From: Patescibacteria group bacterium
GTDB lineage: Bacteria; Patescibacteriota; Minisyncoccia; Portnoybacterales; UBA2143
Direction of reading: 5' to 3'
Assembly (NCBI GenBank): GCA_018830295.1
Contig: JAHJSM010000001.1
Span: 1,980 to 65,979 of the forward strand
DNA: 64,000 nucleotides
Positions 8,737 through 18,188 of the stretch are shown here, piece after piece. Made by a program: the position numbers and the translations under genes. The notes under the pieces were generated by a model. That model saw only the letters and a program-made list of their open reading frames with translations. It was not told the DNA's origin and did not search any database. Position 1 is the stretch's first letter; each line of letters opens with the position of its first letter.

Positions 8737-9365
8737 GATTTTAATTCCTCAATTGATTTTTTGATATCTTCGCTTTTAAAAATGGCGCTTCCGACGGCTA
8801 AAATATCCGCGCCCGCTCGAACGACTTTTTGAGCCGTTTCTAAATTAATTCCTCCATCAACCTCTATTTTAACATTTTCATCCCTCTCCCGCAAAGCCCT
8901 AATTTTCCCCAAGGTCGCTTCTATAAATTCTTGTCCGCCGCGGCCAGGACGGACGGTCATTATTAAAACACTTAAAATACTTGAAACATTAAGAAATGGG
9001 CTTAACTCGTTTGCGGAGGTTTCGGGGTTGATGGCGATACTCGCTTCCAGACCGGCGTCTTGAATTTTTTTAATCACTTCGCCTAATTTTTTTGTCGCTT
9101 CGTAGTGGATAATAATCCTTTTGACGCCTGATTTAATCCAACTATCAATTACATCCTCCGGTTTCTCAACCATTAAATGCGCTTCCAGTTTTAAGTTTGT
9201 TTTTAACTTTTTTAAATCGGATGGATGATTCCATGTTATATTATCCACAAATTTCCCGTCCATCACATCTAATTGCGCCCACTCAACAAACGGCTCAATT
9301 TGCTTGATTTTATCTTTCAATTCCTCAAAATCTTTCGCGATAATAGCGGGAATAACTTGTATCAT
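8724..9365 (-). CDS. rpe: Ribulose-phosphate 3-epimerase
   Basis: DVMDGKFV and HLMV motifs; 213 aa. Confidence 0.9.
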   Translation of the reverse strand: MIQVIPAIIAKDFEELKDKIKQIEPFVEWAQLDVMDGKFVDNITWNHPSDLKKLKTNLKLEAHLMVEKPEDVIDSWIKSGVKRIIIHYEATKKLGEVIKKIQDAGLEASIAINPETSANELSPFLNVSSILSVLIMTVRPGRGGQEFIEATLGKIRALRERDENVKIEVDGGINLETAQKVVRAGADILAVGSAIFKSEDIKKSIEELKSCHL

Positions 9366-9368
9366 AAA

Positions 9369-9809
9369 TTATCTATTATCTATCTCTTTAATTTTACTCA
9401 ACCTCCTCTTATGCCTCTCTTCTCCGCTGAATTCTGTTTCTAGCCAGACGCGCGTAATTTTTTTAGCCGTTTCGGTGTCTAACGCTTTTCCCGCCAAGCA
9501 AAGGACATTCGTATCGTTATGCTCGCGCGATTGCAAGGCGGTAAAATCATCCCAGCAAACCGCCGCCCGAACCCCCGCAACTTTATTGGCGGCAATCGCC
9601 ATTCCCAACCCAGTGGAACAAATTAAAAGCCCCCTTCCTCCCGTTTCAGATACTTTCTTCCCCACGGCCAACGCAAAATCAGGATAATCATCCAAAGGAT
9701 CCAAATCCTTATTGCCTAAATCTTCAAACTCGTATCCTAATTCTAAAAGATATTTTTTAAGCTCTTCTTTTAAATAAAAGCCCGCGTGGTCACTGCCAAT
9801 GTAAAGCAT
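9369..9809 (-). CDS. rpiB: Ribose-5-phosphate isomerase B
   Basis: MLYIGSDHAGF... with LICSTG and VLCLAG motifs; 146 aa. Confidence 0.9.
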   Translation of the reverse strand: MLYIGSDHAGFYLKEELKKYLLELGYEFEDLGNKDLDPLDDYPDFALAVGKKVSETGGRGLLICSTGLGMAIAANKVAGVRAAVCWDDFTALQSREHNDTNVLCLAGKALDTETAKKITRVWLETEFSGEERHKRRLSKIKEIDNR

Positions 9810-9825
9810 AATAATAAAAATTTAA

Positions 9826-10833
9826 TTATTTCCCTCCAATAAACGCCGCGAAATCCGCTAAACGACAGGCGTATCCCCACTCATTGTCATACCATGCCAA
9901 AACCTTAACCAAATTTTTTCCTTGAACCATTGTTGACGACGCATCTATAATCGCCGAATAGGAATCTTCTTTGTAGTCAATAGAAACCAAAGGCGCCTCT
10001 TCAACTCTCAAAATCCCTTTCCATTTTTCTTCCTCCGCCGCTTTTTTGAAAACCGCGTTCACTTCTTCAACACTCGTTTCTTTTTTAACCCGAGCCGTAA
10101 AATCAACTAAAGAAACGGTTGGAGTTGGAACGCGAATCGCCATCCCGTGTATTTTTCCTTTTAATTCCGGGATTGTTTTTGTCACGGCGATAGCCGCTCC
10201 CGTAGTCGTCGGGACTAAAGACAAAGCCGCCGCCCTCGCCCGACGCAAATCTTTATGCGGAGAATCAAGCAAGCGTTGGTCGTTGGTATAACTATGAATT
10301 GTCGTCATTAACCCCGTTTCTATTTCAAAATTGTCGTTCAAAATTTTTGCCACTGGCGCCAAACAATTGGTCGTGCAAGAACCCATGGAAACAACATCGT
10401 CTTTTCCAAAATCATATTTATCGCTATTAACGCCTAAGATAAAATGAGGAACTTCCGAACCCTTGCAAGGCGCGGAAATAATCGCTTTTTGGGCTCCCGC
10501 CGCAAGATGCTTTTGCCCGCCTTCTAAATTCGTAAAAAATCCCGTGCACTCCAAAACAACTTCCACGCCCAAGTCCTTCCAGGGAAGTTTGCTTGGGTCT
10601 CTTTCCGCCAAGACCTTGACCGCTTTGCCGCCGACAACTATGCCGCTCTCGGTAAAATCAATCTCTTTGTCGTAGATTCCATAAACAGAATCATACTTCA
10701 AAAGATGAGCCAATGTCTTCGTGTCTGTCAAATCATTAACAACAGAAATATCCAAATCAGGATATTTTTCCAAAATCCTCCGAAAAACCGCCCGCCCAAT
10801 CCGCCCAAAACCATTTATCGCAATTTTTGTCAT
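9826..10833 (-). CDS. gap: Glyceraldehyde-3-phosphate dehydrogenase
   Basis: NGFGRIGR and SCTTNCLAP motifs; 335 aa. Confidence 0.95.
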   Translation of the reverse strand: MTKIAINGFGRIGRAVFRRILEKYPDLDISVVNDLTDTKTLAHLLKYDSVYGIYDKEIDFTESGIVVGGKAVKVLAERDPSKLPWKDLGVEVVLECTGFFTNLEGGQKHLAAGAQKAIISAPCKGSEVPHFILGVNSDKYDFGKDDVVSMGSCTTNCLAPVAKILNDNFEIETGLMTTIHSYTNDQRLLDSPHKDLRRARAAALSLVPTTTGAAIAVTKTIPELKGKIHGMAIRVPTPTVSLVDFTARVKKETSVEEVNAVFKKAAEEEKWKGILRVEEAPLVSIDYKEDSYSAIIDASSTMVQGKNLVKVLAWYDNEWGYACRLADFAAFIGGK

Positions 10834-10847
10834 ATTTTTTTTATAAT

Positions 10848-11381
10848 TTAACCCTCAAATCCACCTGTCACCCAATCCATTTCATTTTGCCAATTTCTGC
10901 TTGGGCAGCTCCATCCAGAACTTTCTGGATGAGGCCTGCCGCTTGTTTCCATATCTACAACACCTAAAACGAAAAATGCTCCTCGGGAAGAATCACAGCC
11001 AGAACTTCCTGCGCCGTAGCGATAATATCTATATCCGCCGCAAGATGCTGTAGTTTTTGGATCTCCCGATACGCTCGCTATAATTCCAGCTGTTTCTAAT
11101 GGCAAAATGAAAGGATCTCCGCTCCCTGGTCCACCGTTATATCCCACATCCCAGCCGCCACAATCATTATCTGTATTTCCTGGATAAACGCCATTGCTGT
11201 CATAATACAAATTCAAACCAAGAATTATTTGTCGCATATCTGATAATCTTGTCGCGTCCCGGCTCTTCTTCCGCGCGCTATTAATGCTGACCAAAACAAT
11301 GCTCGCCAAAATCCCGATAATAGCGATAACGACGAGAAGTTCAATTAGAGTAAAACCTTTTTTGTTTTTGAGATATTTCAT
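10848..11381 (-). CDS. Type IV pilin / pseudopilin-like protein with a prepilin N-terminal methylation motif
   Basis: KGFTLIELLVVIAIIGILASI at the N-terminus, with a Gly/Cys-rich C-terminal domain. Confidence 0.85.
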   Translation of the reverse strand: MKYLKNKKGFTLIELLVVIAIIGILASIVLVSINSARKKSRDATRLSDMRQIILGLNLYYDSNGVYPGNTDNDCGGWDVGYNGGPGSGDPFILPLETAGIIASVSGDPKTTASCGGYRYYRYGAGSSGCDSSRGAFFVLGVVDMETSGRPHPESSGWSCPSRNWQNEMDWVTGGFEG

Positions 11382-11389
11382 GCTAATTA

Positions 11390-11420
11390 GGGGGCTGCCC
11401 CCGCAACGGGGGCAGCCCCC
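11390..11420. repeat. Family-A palindrome (GCAAC spacer)
   Basis: Exact copy of GGGGGCTGCCCCCGCAACGGGGGCAGCCCCC, between the pilin start and the glutaredoxin stop. Confidence 0.95.
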
Positions 11421-11428
11421 GTCTTAAA

Positions 11429-11683
11429 TTACAACCCTAATTTTTCAACAATCTTATCCCTGTCAAATCCGACGATCATTTCTCCGTTAATTTCAATCAC
11501 AGGCACGCCCATTTGTCCTGATTTTTCAATCATTTCCTCCCTCGCTTTTTCATCCTCCGCCACATTAATATGTTCGTACTGAACGCCTTTTTCGTCCAAA
11601 AACGCCCCCAAAGTTACGCAATATGGGCAAGATGGAGTGCTGAAAACTCTAACTTTATTTTGACTATTTGTATTGTTTTCCAT
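11429..11683 (-). CDS. Glutaredoxin / NrdH-like redoxin. The likely start is M10 (MENN...); the tracked N-terminus MGTVPG is the translated B-repeat
   Basis: CPYC active site in a thioredoxin-fold context. Confidence 0.75.
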   Translation of the reverse strand: MENNTNSQNKVRVFSTPSCPYCVTLGAFLDEKGVQYEHINVAEDEKAREEMIEKSGQMGVPVIEINGEMIVGFDRDKIVEKLGL

Positions 11684-11695
11684 AATTTTAACACC

Positions 11696-11730
11696 GGGGA
11701 CAGTCCCCATTCAGAATGGGGACTGTCCCC
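11696..11730. repeat. Family-B palindrome GGGGACAGTCCCC-ATTCAGAAT-GGGGACTGTCCCC
   Basis: Read directly; 13-bp arms with a 9-nt spacer. Confidence 0.95.
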
Positions 11731-11747
11731 TTTTAATTACTGTCCCC

Positions 11748-12662
11748 TCACTCATTATTACTGATATACTTATACGCGCTTAACGCCGCTTTTGCCCCTT
11801 CGCCCGCCGCGATAATCATTTGTTTGTATAAGACCCCGCTCACATCTCCCGCGGCGAAAATATTAGGTCGCGAGGACGCGTTGCGTGAATTAATTTTTAT
11901 CTCGCCCCACTCATTTAATTCTACCACATTTTTAACTAAAGAGGAATTGGGGATAGAACCGATTGCGACAAAAATCCCTTCCACCGACATTTCTTTCATT
12001 TCTTCGGAAGCGCCGTTCTGATAAACCAAGCCGCTCACAAATTTATCCCCCTTTATTTCCTGAACCGTCGCGCCCGTCATAATCTCAATTTTGTCCGACT
12101 TTTCAAGCCGCTCCTGGAGAACCTCATCCGCCCTTAAAACCGAACGCGCCAAAAGATAGACCTTAGAAGCGTAAACAGCCGCCTCCAAAGCCGTATTCGC
12201 CGCCGAATTGCCCCCGCCAATCACAGCGACTTCTTTATCTTTAAACATGGGCGCGTCGCAGGTCGCGCAGAAAACAATTCCCTTCCCGATAAATTTTTCC
12301 TCATTTGGAAGACCCAATCTTTTTGGCGTTCTGCCCGTCGCAATAATAAGCGCCCTTCCCTCATAAGAACCGTCTTCCGTTTCCACCTCAACCGTCAATC
12401 CGTTATCCACAAGCAAGACATTTTTAACCCCCAAACCTTCTTTAATTTCTATTTCGTTTTTTTTCAACTGCCCAACCATCCTCTCAACCAATTCCGCGCC
12501 AGAGACCGGTTCAACCCCCGCGTAATTCTCAACCAAAGGCGCCAAGGCCGCCTGCCCGCCCCAACTCTTGGCAATCAAAAGCGTCTTCATTTTTTTCCGA
12601 GCCGCATAAATCCCCGCCGAAATAGCAGCCGGCCCCCCACCGATAATAATTAAATCATACAT
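11748..12662 (-). CDS. trxB: Thioredoxin-disulfide reductase
   Basis: GGGPAA FAD-binding site, CATCD redox motif and GGGNSA NADPH-binding site. Confidence 0.9.
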   Translation of the reverse strand: MYDLIIIGGGPAAISAGIYAARKKMKTLLIAKSWGGQAALAPLVENYAGVEPVSGAELVERMVGQLKKNEIEIKEGLGVKNVLLVDNGLTVEVETEDGSYEGRALIIATGRTPKRLGLPNEEKFIGKGIVFCATCDAPMFKDKEVAVIGGGNSAANTALEAAVYASKVYLLARSVLRADEVLQERLEKSDKIEIMTGATVQEIKGDKFVSGLVYQNGASEEMKEMSVEGIFVAIGSIPNSSLVKNVVELNEWGEIKINSRNASSRPNIFAAGDVSGVLYKQMIIAAGEGAKAALSAYKYISNNE

Positions 12663-12673
12663 AAGGTTATTTA

Positions 12674-13165
12674 CTATTTTAATTGGTTTTCTTTTGTTAA
12701 ATCAATCTTTAACTGATCAACCACCACAACTTTACTTTTTTCAAAAATATTCATCAAATTAGAATATTCTTTAAATAAATCCGGTGTATTAATGTTTTTA
12801 TAATCAAATTGAATTTGTAAATACTTGTCTTTTTGAATTTGTTCAATAAAATTATCAAAGTTGAAATCAACAACAGGATACAGGGTTTTATTAAAATCTA
12901 CAAATCCATACATTCTTATATTTAATTTGCCTTTTAATTTATCGAATAATTCTAAACTGAATGTTTTTGAATTTACAATAAAAACAAAATAAATTTCATT
13001 ATTATACAAACCAATTTCGCAAAAATCTGTTGTAATTGTTGGTAAATCTTCTTTAATCAGATTTCCATTATTATCATAATTATTTTTCGTATATTCTAAT
13101 TTAGAAACAAATTCCTTATTCTTGATCAGTATTTTGCGAAATTGGTTCAAGTCTTCAATGTTCAT
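12674..13165 (-). CDS. Hypothetical protein in a very AT-rich region
   Basis: 163-aa ORF rich in N, K, I and F. No family recognised. Its composition differs from the flanking core genes. Confidence 0.5.
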   Translation of the reverse strand: MNIEDLNQFRKILIKNKEFVSKLEYTKNNYDNNGNLIKEDLPTITTDFCEIGLYNNEIYFVFIVNSKTFSLELFDKLKGKLNIRMYGFVDFNKTLYPVVDFNFDNFIEQIQKDKYLQIQFDYKNINTPDLFKEYSNLMNIFEKSKVVVVDQLKIDLTKENQLK

Positions 13166-13326
13166 ATATAAATTTATTCTATTATAAACTCTGTCGGCTA
13201 TCCTATAGCCGACCTACATCGCGGGTTGTAAAATTTTGACTTCATAGCGCAATCTTTCGGATAGTTGTTCCGCAATGTTAAACCCCCGAGGTCTAACACC
13301 TCACCTTATCTGTGTATAAATAGATA

Positions 13327-13415
13327 TTGACAATAACAGTTATTTTGATACAATATAGTTAATCACTACGAAAAAGACCCTGATGCGGTTTCGTCCGCAT
13401 TGGGGGCTTTTTTGT
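13327..13415 (+). ncRNA. Candidate small antisense RNA: a strong sigma70-like promoter (TTGACA-N16-TGaTACAAT, 13327-13354) followed about 30 nt later by a hairpin plus T-run (13384-13415)
   Basis: Motifs read on the plus strand. There is no plus-strand ORF here. The transcript would overlap the 3' end of the BRO-N gene on the opposite strand. Confidence 0.3.
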
Positions 13416-14253
13416 TTTCAAGCATTTTTTTATCTTGCGGTTGTTTTAAATAATTTCTTTTTGTTGATACTTGTTTGCCTGTCCTTCTTTCAATGTCTTT
13501 TCTGGTTGACCCAGCCACTTCTCCACCTTCGTTGGCATCCTTTTTTAATGGAATAAATCCTTTTGAATTTCTGTCCTTGGTTATTTTAGTTGTTGTCGCT
13601 TCGCCTAACATGGTTAAAATCAACTCTAAATCTTCCATGTGGTCTCTTAAATTCTCTCTTTTTAATTTCTTAAACTTTTTATATTCCGATGGCGTCATGC
13701 CAAAAGTCGCTTTTGAAATTTCTGCTGTTAAAATCTCATATTCTTTTTGCTGTTTAACGCCCCGTTTCTGCCATTCATCAGTCAATGTATCGCGAACTTC
13801 AATCCCACGCATTCTTTTGGCAATCCATGAATCAGAATATCCCTTTGCTTTGTATAAAAATCTTGTTCTTTTGGTCGCCAATTCAGGGTCCTCAATTTCC
13901 TGAATTCTTTCATAGCCAACTCGCGCCAGCCATCGTTTGAAAGGTTCTGCTTTTGGAGAAGGGATAGATTGAACAATACGCAAAATCCCTTCGGCATTGG
14001 CGCAATTCAACTTTTGCTTGCCGCCAGCCGTATTTATGGAAAGGGGGGTGGCAATTTGCCCCCACCCTTTGTTTAATTCTAAGTCGCGCCTGCGCATATC
14101 TTTCAAATATCCATCGGACTGAACAGAATCAGTTAATACAGCCACCACATCAACAATCGCAAACCACCATTCATTATTATGAATAATTTTTCTAATCTCT
14201 TTCTTGTGGAAAATTGCTATTTGGGTTGTAGTTTTTATTTTTTTCTTAGGCAT
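13366..14253 (-). CDS. BRO-N domain protein (phage antirepressor/DinD-like family)
   Basis: The N-terminal segment FHKKEIRKIIHNNEWWFAIVDVVAVL...GILRIVQSIPSPKAEPFKRWLARV matches the BRO-N architecture. Confidence 0.7.
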   Translation of the reverse strand: MPKKKIKTTTQIAIFHKKEIRKIIHNNEWWFAIVDVVAVLTDSVQSDGYLKDMRRRDLELNKGWGQIATPLSINTAGGKQKLNCANAEGILRIVQSIPSPKAEPFKRWLARVGYERIQEIEDPELATKRTRFLYKAKGYSDSWIAKRMRGIEVRDTLTDEWQKRGVKQQKEYEILTAEISKATFGMTPSEYKKFKKLKRENLRDHMEDLELILTMLGEATTTKITKDRNSKGFIPLKKDANEGGEVAGSTRKDIERRTGKQVSTKRNYLKQPQDKKMLENKKAPNADETASGSFS

Positions 14254-14268
14254 AATTTATGGCAAAAA

Positions 14269-15036
14269 TTATCCTTTATTCGCTAAATTTATACTTTCCT
14301 GCGTATATTTTTTTAAATAATTAATTTGTTTTTTATTTAAGAACTCGCAAGCGAATTCCCAGTGGAAGGAAACCCATTGACCAATTCGCGGCTCTTTGAT
14401 AAAACCGTCTTGATTCATCTCAAATAAAATTTTTTGCGGAATTAAATTCCCAAGTTTTAACTCATCTTTTTCCAAAATCAACGGCTGATATTCCACTTCC
14501 AAATACGGCTTTTTAATTTTCTTAATTTTCCCCCAACTAATCCGACATAAATCCATCGTGCTTAATGTGTGCGCGACATCTAAATTTCCCGTCCGTTTCC
14601 AAACATTAAAAACATGAAAACTATGATGCGGCTTGGCGCCCAAGGGAATCTTGCTAACCGTTTGCTTAAATAATTTAGGGTTTAATTTTTTCTTAAGTTG
14701 CTGCTCGTCAATTAAATGATGATACAACGCCGATTTATCAATATTTTCCAAAAGTTGATTGCCGATCCAATACGCTTCAATTACTCTTTCGTCAAAAGGA
14801 TCTCTAATCTGATTAGCGCGCGCGATTAATTCCAAATACGGATAAAGCGTTTGAAATTTTTCTAAAATTAAATTTAATCCCCCGTCAACCTCTCCTGTCT
14901 GGCAATAATAGAGCAAGTCCCTGTTTTTATCCGGCCCGCAAAAACTTAATTTGTTGGGCATAAAAGCGTATCGCGCGCATCTTAAAATTCCTTCGCAATT
15001 AAGCGACAATCGCTGATTTTCTTTCTTTTCCAACAT
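14269..15036 (-). CDS. Hypothetical protein (255 aa, Cys-containing N-terminus)
   Basis: Intact ORF. It overlaps the upstream transporter gene by about 38 nt; an alternative start at M26 would remove the overlap. Confidence 0.5.
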   Translation of the reverse strand: MLEKKENQRLSLNCEGILRCARYAFMPNKLSFCGPDKNRDLLYYCQTGEVDGGLNLILEKFQTLYPYLELIARANQIRDPFDERVIEAYWIGNQLLENIDKSALYHHLIDEQQLKKKLNPKLFKQTVSKIPLGAKPHHSFHVFNVWKRTGNLDVAHTLSTMDLCRISWGKIKKIKKPYLEVEYQPLILEKDELKLGNLIPQKILFEMNQDGFIKEPRIGQWVSFHWEFACEFLNKKQINYLKKYTQESINLANKG

Positions 15037-15895
15037 AAAAGTAGATTATTCCGAGCGCCGTAAAAATCAAAGAAATACCTAAAATCTGATTAACCGCCAA
15101 ACTTCCGCCCAAAAACAAAACTGACAGCAGTGTTGTAATCGGACTCGCCAAAAGCAGAATTGTCGCCGCGACGGAAACTTTGACATATTTCAATCCAGTA
15201 TACCATGTCGCGACATACCCAAAAAGCAAAACTGCCGTGATCATAACCCATCCCGTTTGTTCTAAATTTAAAGAGCCAAGCGAACTAAATTGTCCCGTCG
15301 CCAGCAAGAAGAGAATAATAAAAATTGAGCCAAAAAACATTCTTCCCCATATAACAATTCTTGCGGGAAGTTCTTTGAGCAGATGCTTGCTTAAAACATT
15401 TTCAGAAGCCCAAAGCAAGGTCGCTAAAAAAATGAGCAAGTCGCCATATCCAAATTGATGGGGTAATATTTTCAAGAGAAAAATGTTGCCTAAAAACAAA
15501 AGTAATCCGCCAATTAAAAAATTTTTGCTAATTTTTTCTTTCAAAAAAACAACCGCTAAAAGAGCGACAAAAACAAACATCGTTTTGTGGATAAAAGCGG
15601 CTTGTATCGGAGCGGTTAAAGACAATCCTTTAAAGTATAAAAGAAAAGGAATTGAGCCGCCGACCAATCCAACCGCCAAAAGCGAGAGCCATTGCGTTTT
15701 CCCGAGCTCTTTTAAAACACGCCAGTCCTTCATCATTAAAAGCCAGCAAACAACCAACAAGGCGACAATAATATTTTTTAGTCCCGTGAAAATATACGGG
15801 TTAACCACACTCACGCCAAACTTGCTAATAAAGACAACCCCACCCGAAATAAATGCTGTAATTAAAATTAAAAGAAACCCTTTGTTTTTGTTCAT
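14999..15895 (-). CDS. EamA/DMT-family transporter (10 predicted TM helices)
   Basis: Two repeated 5-TM halves of hydrophobic helices, typical of EamA. Confidence 0.8.
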   Translation of the reverse strand: MNKNKGFLLILITAFISGGVVFISKFGVSVVNPYIFTGLKNIIVALLVVCWLLMMKDWRVLKELGKTQWLSLLAVGLVGGSIPFLLYFKGLSLTAPIQAAFIHKTMFVFVALLAVVFLKEKISKNFLIGGLLLFLGNIFLLKILPHQFGYGDLLIFLATLLWASENVLSKHLLKELPARIVIWGRMFFGSIFIILFLLATGQFSSLGSLNLEQTGWVMITAVLLFGYVATWYTGLKYVKVSVAATILLLASPITTLLSVLFLGGSLAVNQILGISLIFTALGIIYFYVGKERKSAIVA

Positions 15896-15915
15896 ATTTG
15901 TATTATAATATTTTT

Positions 15916-16146
15916 ATGTGTTTAGCTATTCCAAGCAAGGTTGTTAAAATTGAAGGAAAATGGGCGAATGTCCAAGCGGGCGACCATCAACATCGGGTTG
16001 ATTTGAGTTTGCTTAAAAATGTAAAAGTCGGCGATTATATTTTCATCCACGACGAACTGGCAATTAACAAAATTCCCAAGACCGAAGCGAAGAAAATCCT
16101 GAAAATGATAAAAGACCATACTCATACCTGCGACCATCATCATTAA
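15916..16146 (+). CDS. hypC: Hydrogenase maturation chaperone HypC/HupF family, with a His-rich C-terminal tail
   Basis: Begins MCLAIPSKVVKI, the canonical HypC N-terminus, and ends ...DHTHTCDHHH. The tracked ORF starts 18 nt earlier at a non-conserved Met. Confidence 0.8.
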   Translation: MCLAIPSKVVKIEGKWANVQAGDHQHRVDLSLLKNVKVGDYIFIHDELAINKIPKTEAKKILKMIKDHTHTCDHHH

Positions 16147-17348
16147 TGCGCTGAACAACTAATACAGGGATCGTACGCCCTGACTAACATTGTCAACAAT
16201 TTCTCCATCTCTTCTCGCGATTTATTTTTCGTTTGTCCCAAAAGCGCCTTGGCGCTTTTTTCAATTGATGTCAAATTCTGAACCGTCGGCGTAATAATGT
16301 TGGCGTAAATAATATCGTTATCCTGACTCAAATGAACCTCATGATAAAGCCCGCCTCGCGGCGCCTCCGTAGAACCAATCCCCTTTAATGACGGATTGGA
16401 TGATTGTTTAATCGCTTCAGCGTTAATTTTCATTTCAAGCAATTTTTCAACAATTTCTATCGCTTTTTGGTGGTAATAAAGGGTCTCAATCGCTTGGGCG
16501 ATATTATTATGAAAAGGATTGGCAAAATCTATTTTTTCGCCCCTTTTAATTTTTTCGTTAACCGCCAAGCGCGCCAAAGAACCGACTAGGGTTTCTTCGC
16601 CTTTGTATTTGCTGAATTTAGCGGTTGAATATTCTCTGACTTCTTCTTCTATGTTTTTTTTGTAATCCGTAATGAGCGACTTGTCTTTCTTCTCTATATC
16701 TGTTGAAGAAACTGCAATAATATATTCCCCTTCTTGAGCGGCCAATTTCAAATCCACTTTTAATTCGGGATACTCAATCCCTTCAAAAATCTGAATTGTT
16801 TTTCGCGCCGCGTCTTCGGTCTCTTTTAATTTTTTGAGAAGAACTTTCAGAGCGGATTTGGTCGGGACTTTATGAAAACCGCCAATTGTGGTCGTAGTCG
16901 GATGAACAATTCGCCCGCCGACAATTTGAACAATTTTATCGGAAACCTCTTTCAGCGATAAAGCGTCCTTAAAAGCGGCTGGATTTTTTGGAGCCAATTC
17001 AGTCGCTCGGTCAATGCCGATATAATCAGGCAAAACCAAAAAGAAAAGATGAAGTACATGACTCTGAATCATCTGTCCGCATTGCATTAAATCGCGCAAA
17101 AGAACGGTCGTTTTGCTCGGCTTAATTCCCAAAGCGTTTTCAATCGCGTTCAAAGAAGCCAAATTATGAGCGGTCGGACAAACGCCGCAAATCCGCGGAG
17201 TAATCCACGCCATTTCTTCGGCTGTTCTGCCAACCAAGATTCCCTCAAAAAGCCGCTCTCCCTCAAAAATATTGAGTTTGACCTCGCCCGCGTCCCAATC
17301 AATATTCAAATTCCCATGCCCCTCAATTTTCGCGATAAAATTTTGCAT
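16143..17348 (-). CDS. [NiFe] hydrogenase large (alpha) subunit, group 3 (sulfhydrogenase-like)
   Basis: N-terminal RICGVCPTAH and C-terminal DPCISCSAH Ni-Fe ligand motifs. Confidence 0.9.
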   Translation of the reverse strand: MQNFIAKIEGHGNLNIDWDAGEVKLNIFEGERLFEGILVGRTAEEMAWITPRICGVCPTAHNLASLNAIENALGIKPSKTTVLLRDLMQCGQMIQSHVLHLFFLVLPDYIGIDRATELAPKNPAAFKDALSLKEVSDKIVQIVGGRIVHPTTTTIGGFHKVPTKSALKVLLKKLKETEDAARKTIQIFEGIEYPELKVDLKLAAQEGEYIIAVSSTDIEKKDKSLITDYKKNIEEEVREYSTAKFSKYKGEETLVGSLARLAVNEKIKRGEKIDFANPFHNNIAQAIETLYYHQKAIEIVEKLLEMKINAEAIKQSSNPSLKGIGSTEAPRGGLYHEVHLSQDNDIIYANIITPTVQNLTSIEKSAKALLGQTKNKSREEMEKLLTMLVRAYDPCISCSAH

Positions 17349-17441
17349 TTTTAAAAATAAGTATTCTGAAATTTATGAGCGTGTTGGGAGCCCTTTGGGC
17401 TAAAACGCGAAAAAATTTAGAATACGAAGTTTTTGTTTGTT

Positions 17442-18188
17442 TTATTCCTGATCTACTTTATTTAAGAACATACTAAAATATCTCTCAATTTCTTTTTTGT
17501 CCGTGATATTATTTAAAATTTTTAATAAAGCGTCAATATTCGCGTCCTCGCGTAAGCCAAAGCAACCATAACAGGGCGAACCGCCGTTGACGCAAACAGC
17601 CCCGCATCCGCCTTGGGTAATCGGTCCTAAACAAGGTTTCTCGTCTATAAGACGGCAAGGATTGCCCGCCTGCTTACATTCAAAACAAACCGAATAGCCG
17701 CGATAAGACGGCTTTTTCCCGCTTAATAATTCTTCCACTGTTCTGACTAATTCGCTTTCTTCAATCGGACAGCCGTGAATTAAAAAATCAACATGGATAT
17801 AGGCGCTTAATGGCAAGGCGTCAATTCCTCTCGGCTTGTATTTTTCTCCGTAAATTTTCTTGCACCATTTCTCCCTCTCGCTCTTTTCCATAATCGCCGG
17901 AATACCGCCCAGGGTGGCGCAACTTCCCAACCCAATCAAAAACTTTGATTTCTCGCGCAATGATTTAATTAAATCAATCTCTTCTTGCGTAATCGGCGCT
18001 CCTTCAATGAGCGTCACATCAAATGGCCCGTCTTCTTTCCGCTCCTGCCCCAAACGCCAGTCAACAATATCAATTCTTTTTTCCAAAACCAAAAGTTTCT
18101 CCCTTAAAGAGACGATTTTCACCTCACACCCCTCGCAATCAGTCAGGTCGTAAATAGCAACTCTTGGATTTGAATTTTTTTTAGTCAT
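17442..18188 (-). CDS. [NiFe] hydrogenase small (delta) subunit. The likely start is M47 (MTKKN...); the tracked extension overlaps the gamma-subunit gene
   Basis: DCEGCE and GSCATLGG motifs, with C-terminal Cys clusters. Confidence 0.85.
   Translation of the reverse strand: MTKKNSNPRVAIYDLTDCEGCEVKIVSLREKLLVLEKRIDIVDWRLGQERKEDGPFDVTLIEGAPITQEEIDLIKSLREKSKFLIGLGSCATLGGIPAIMEKSEREKWCKKIYGEKYKPRGIDALPLSAYIHVDFLIHGCPIEESELVRTVEELLSGKKPSYRGYSVCFECKQAGNPCRLIDEKPCLGPITQGGCGAVCVNGGSPCYGCFGLREDANIDALLKILNNITDKKEIERYFSMFLNKVDQE

Noticed and set aside
13384-13415. Hairpin as a terminator for an upstream plus-strand protein gene
   Set aside because: There is no plus-strand CDS upstream; it is interpreted as the terminator of a candidate small RNA and it lies inside the 3' end of the minus-strand BRO-N gene.
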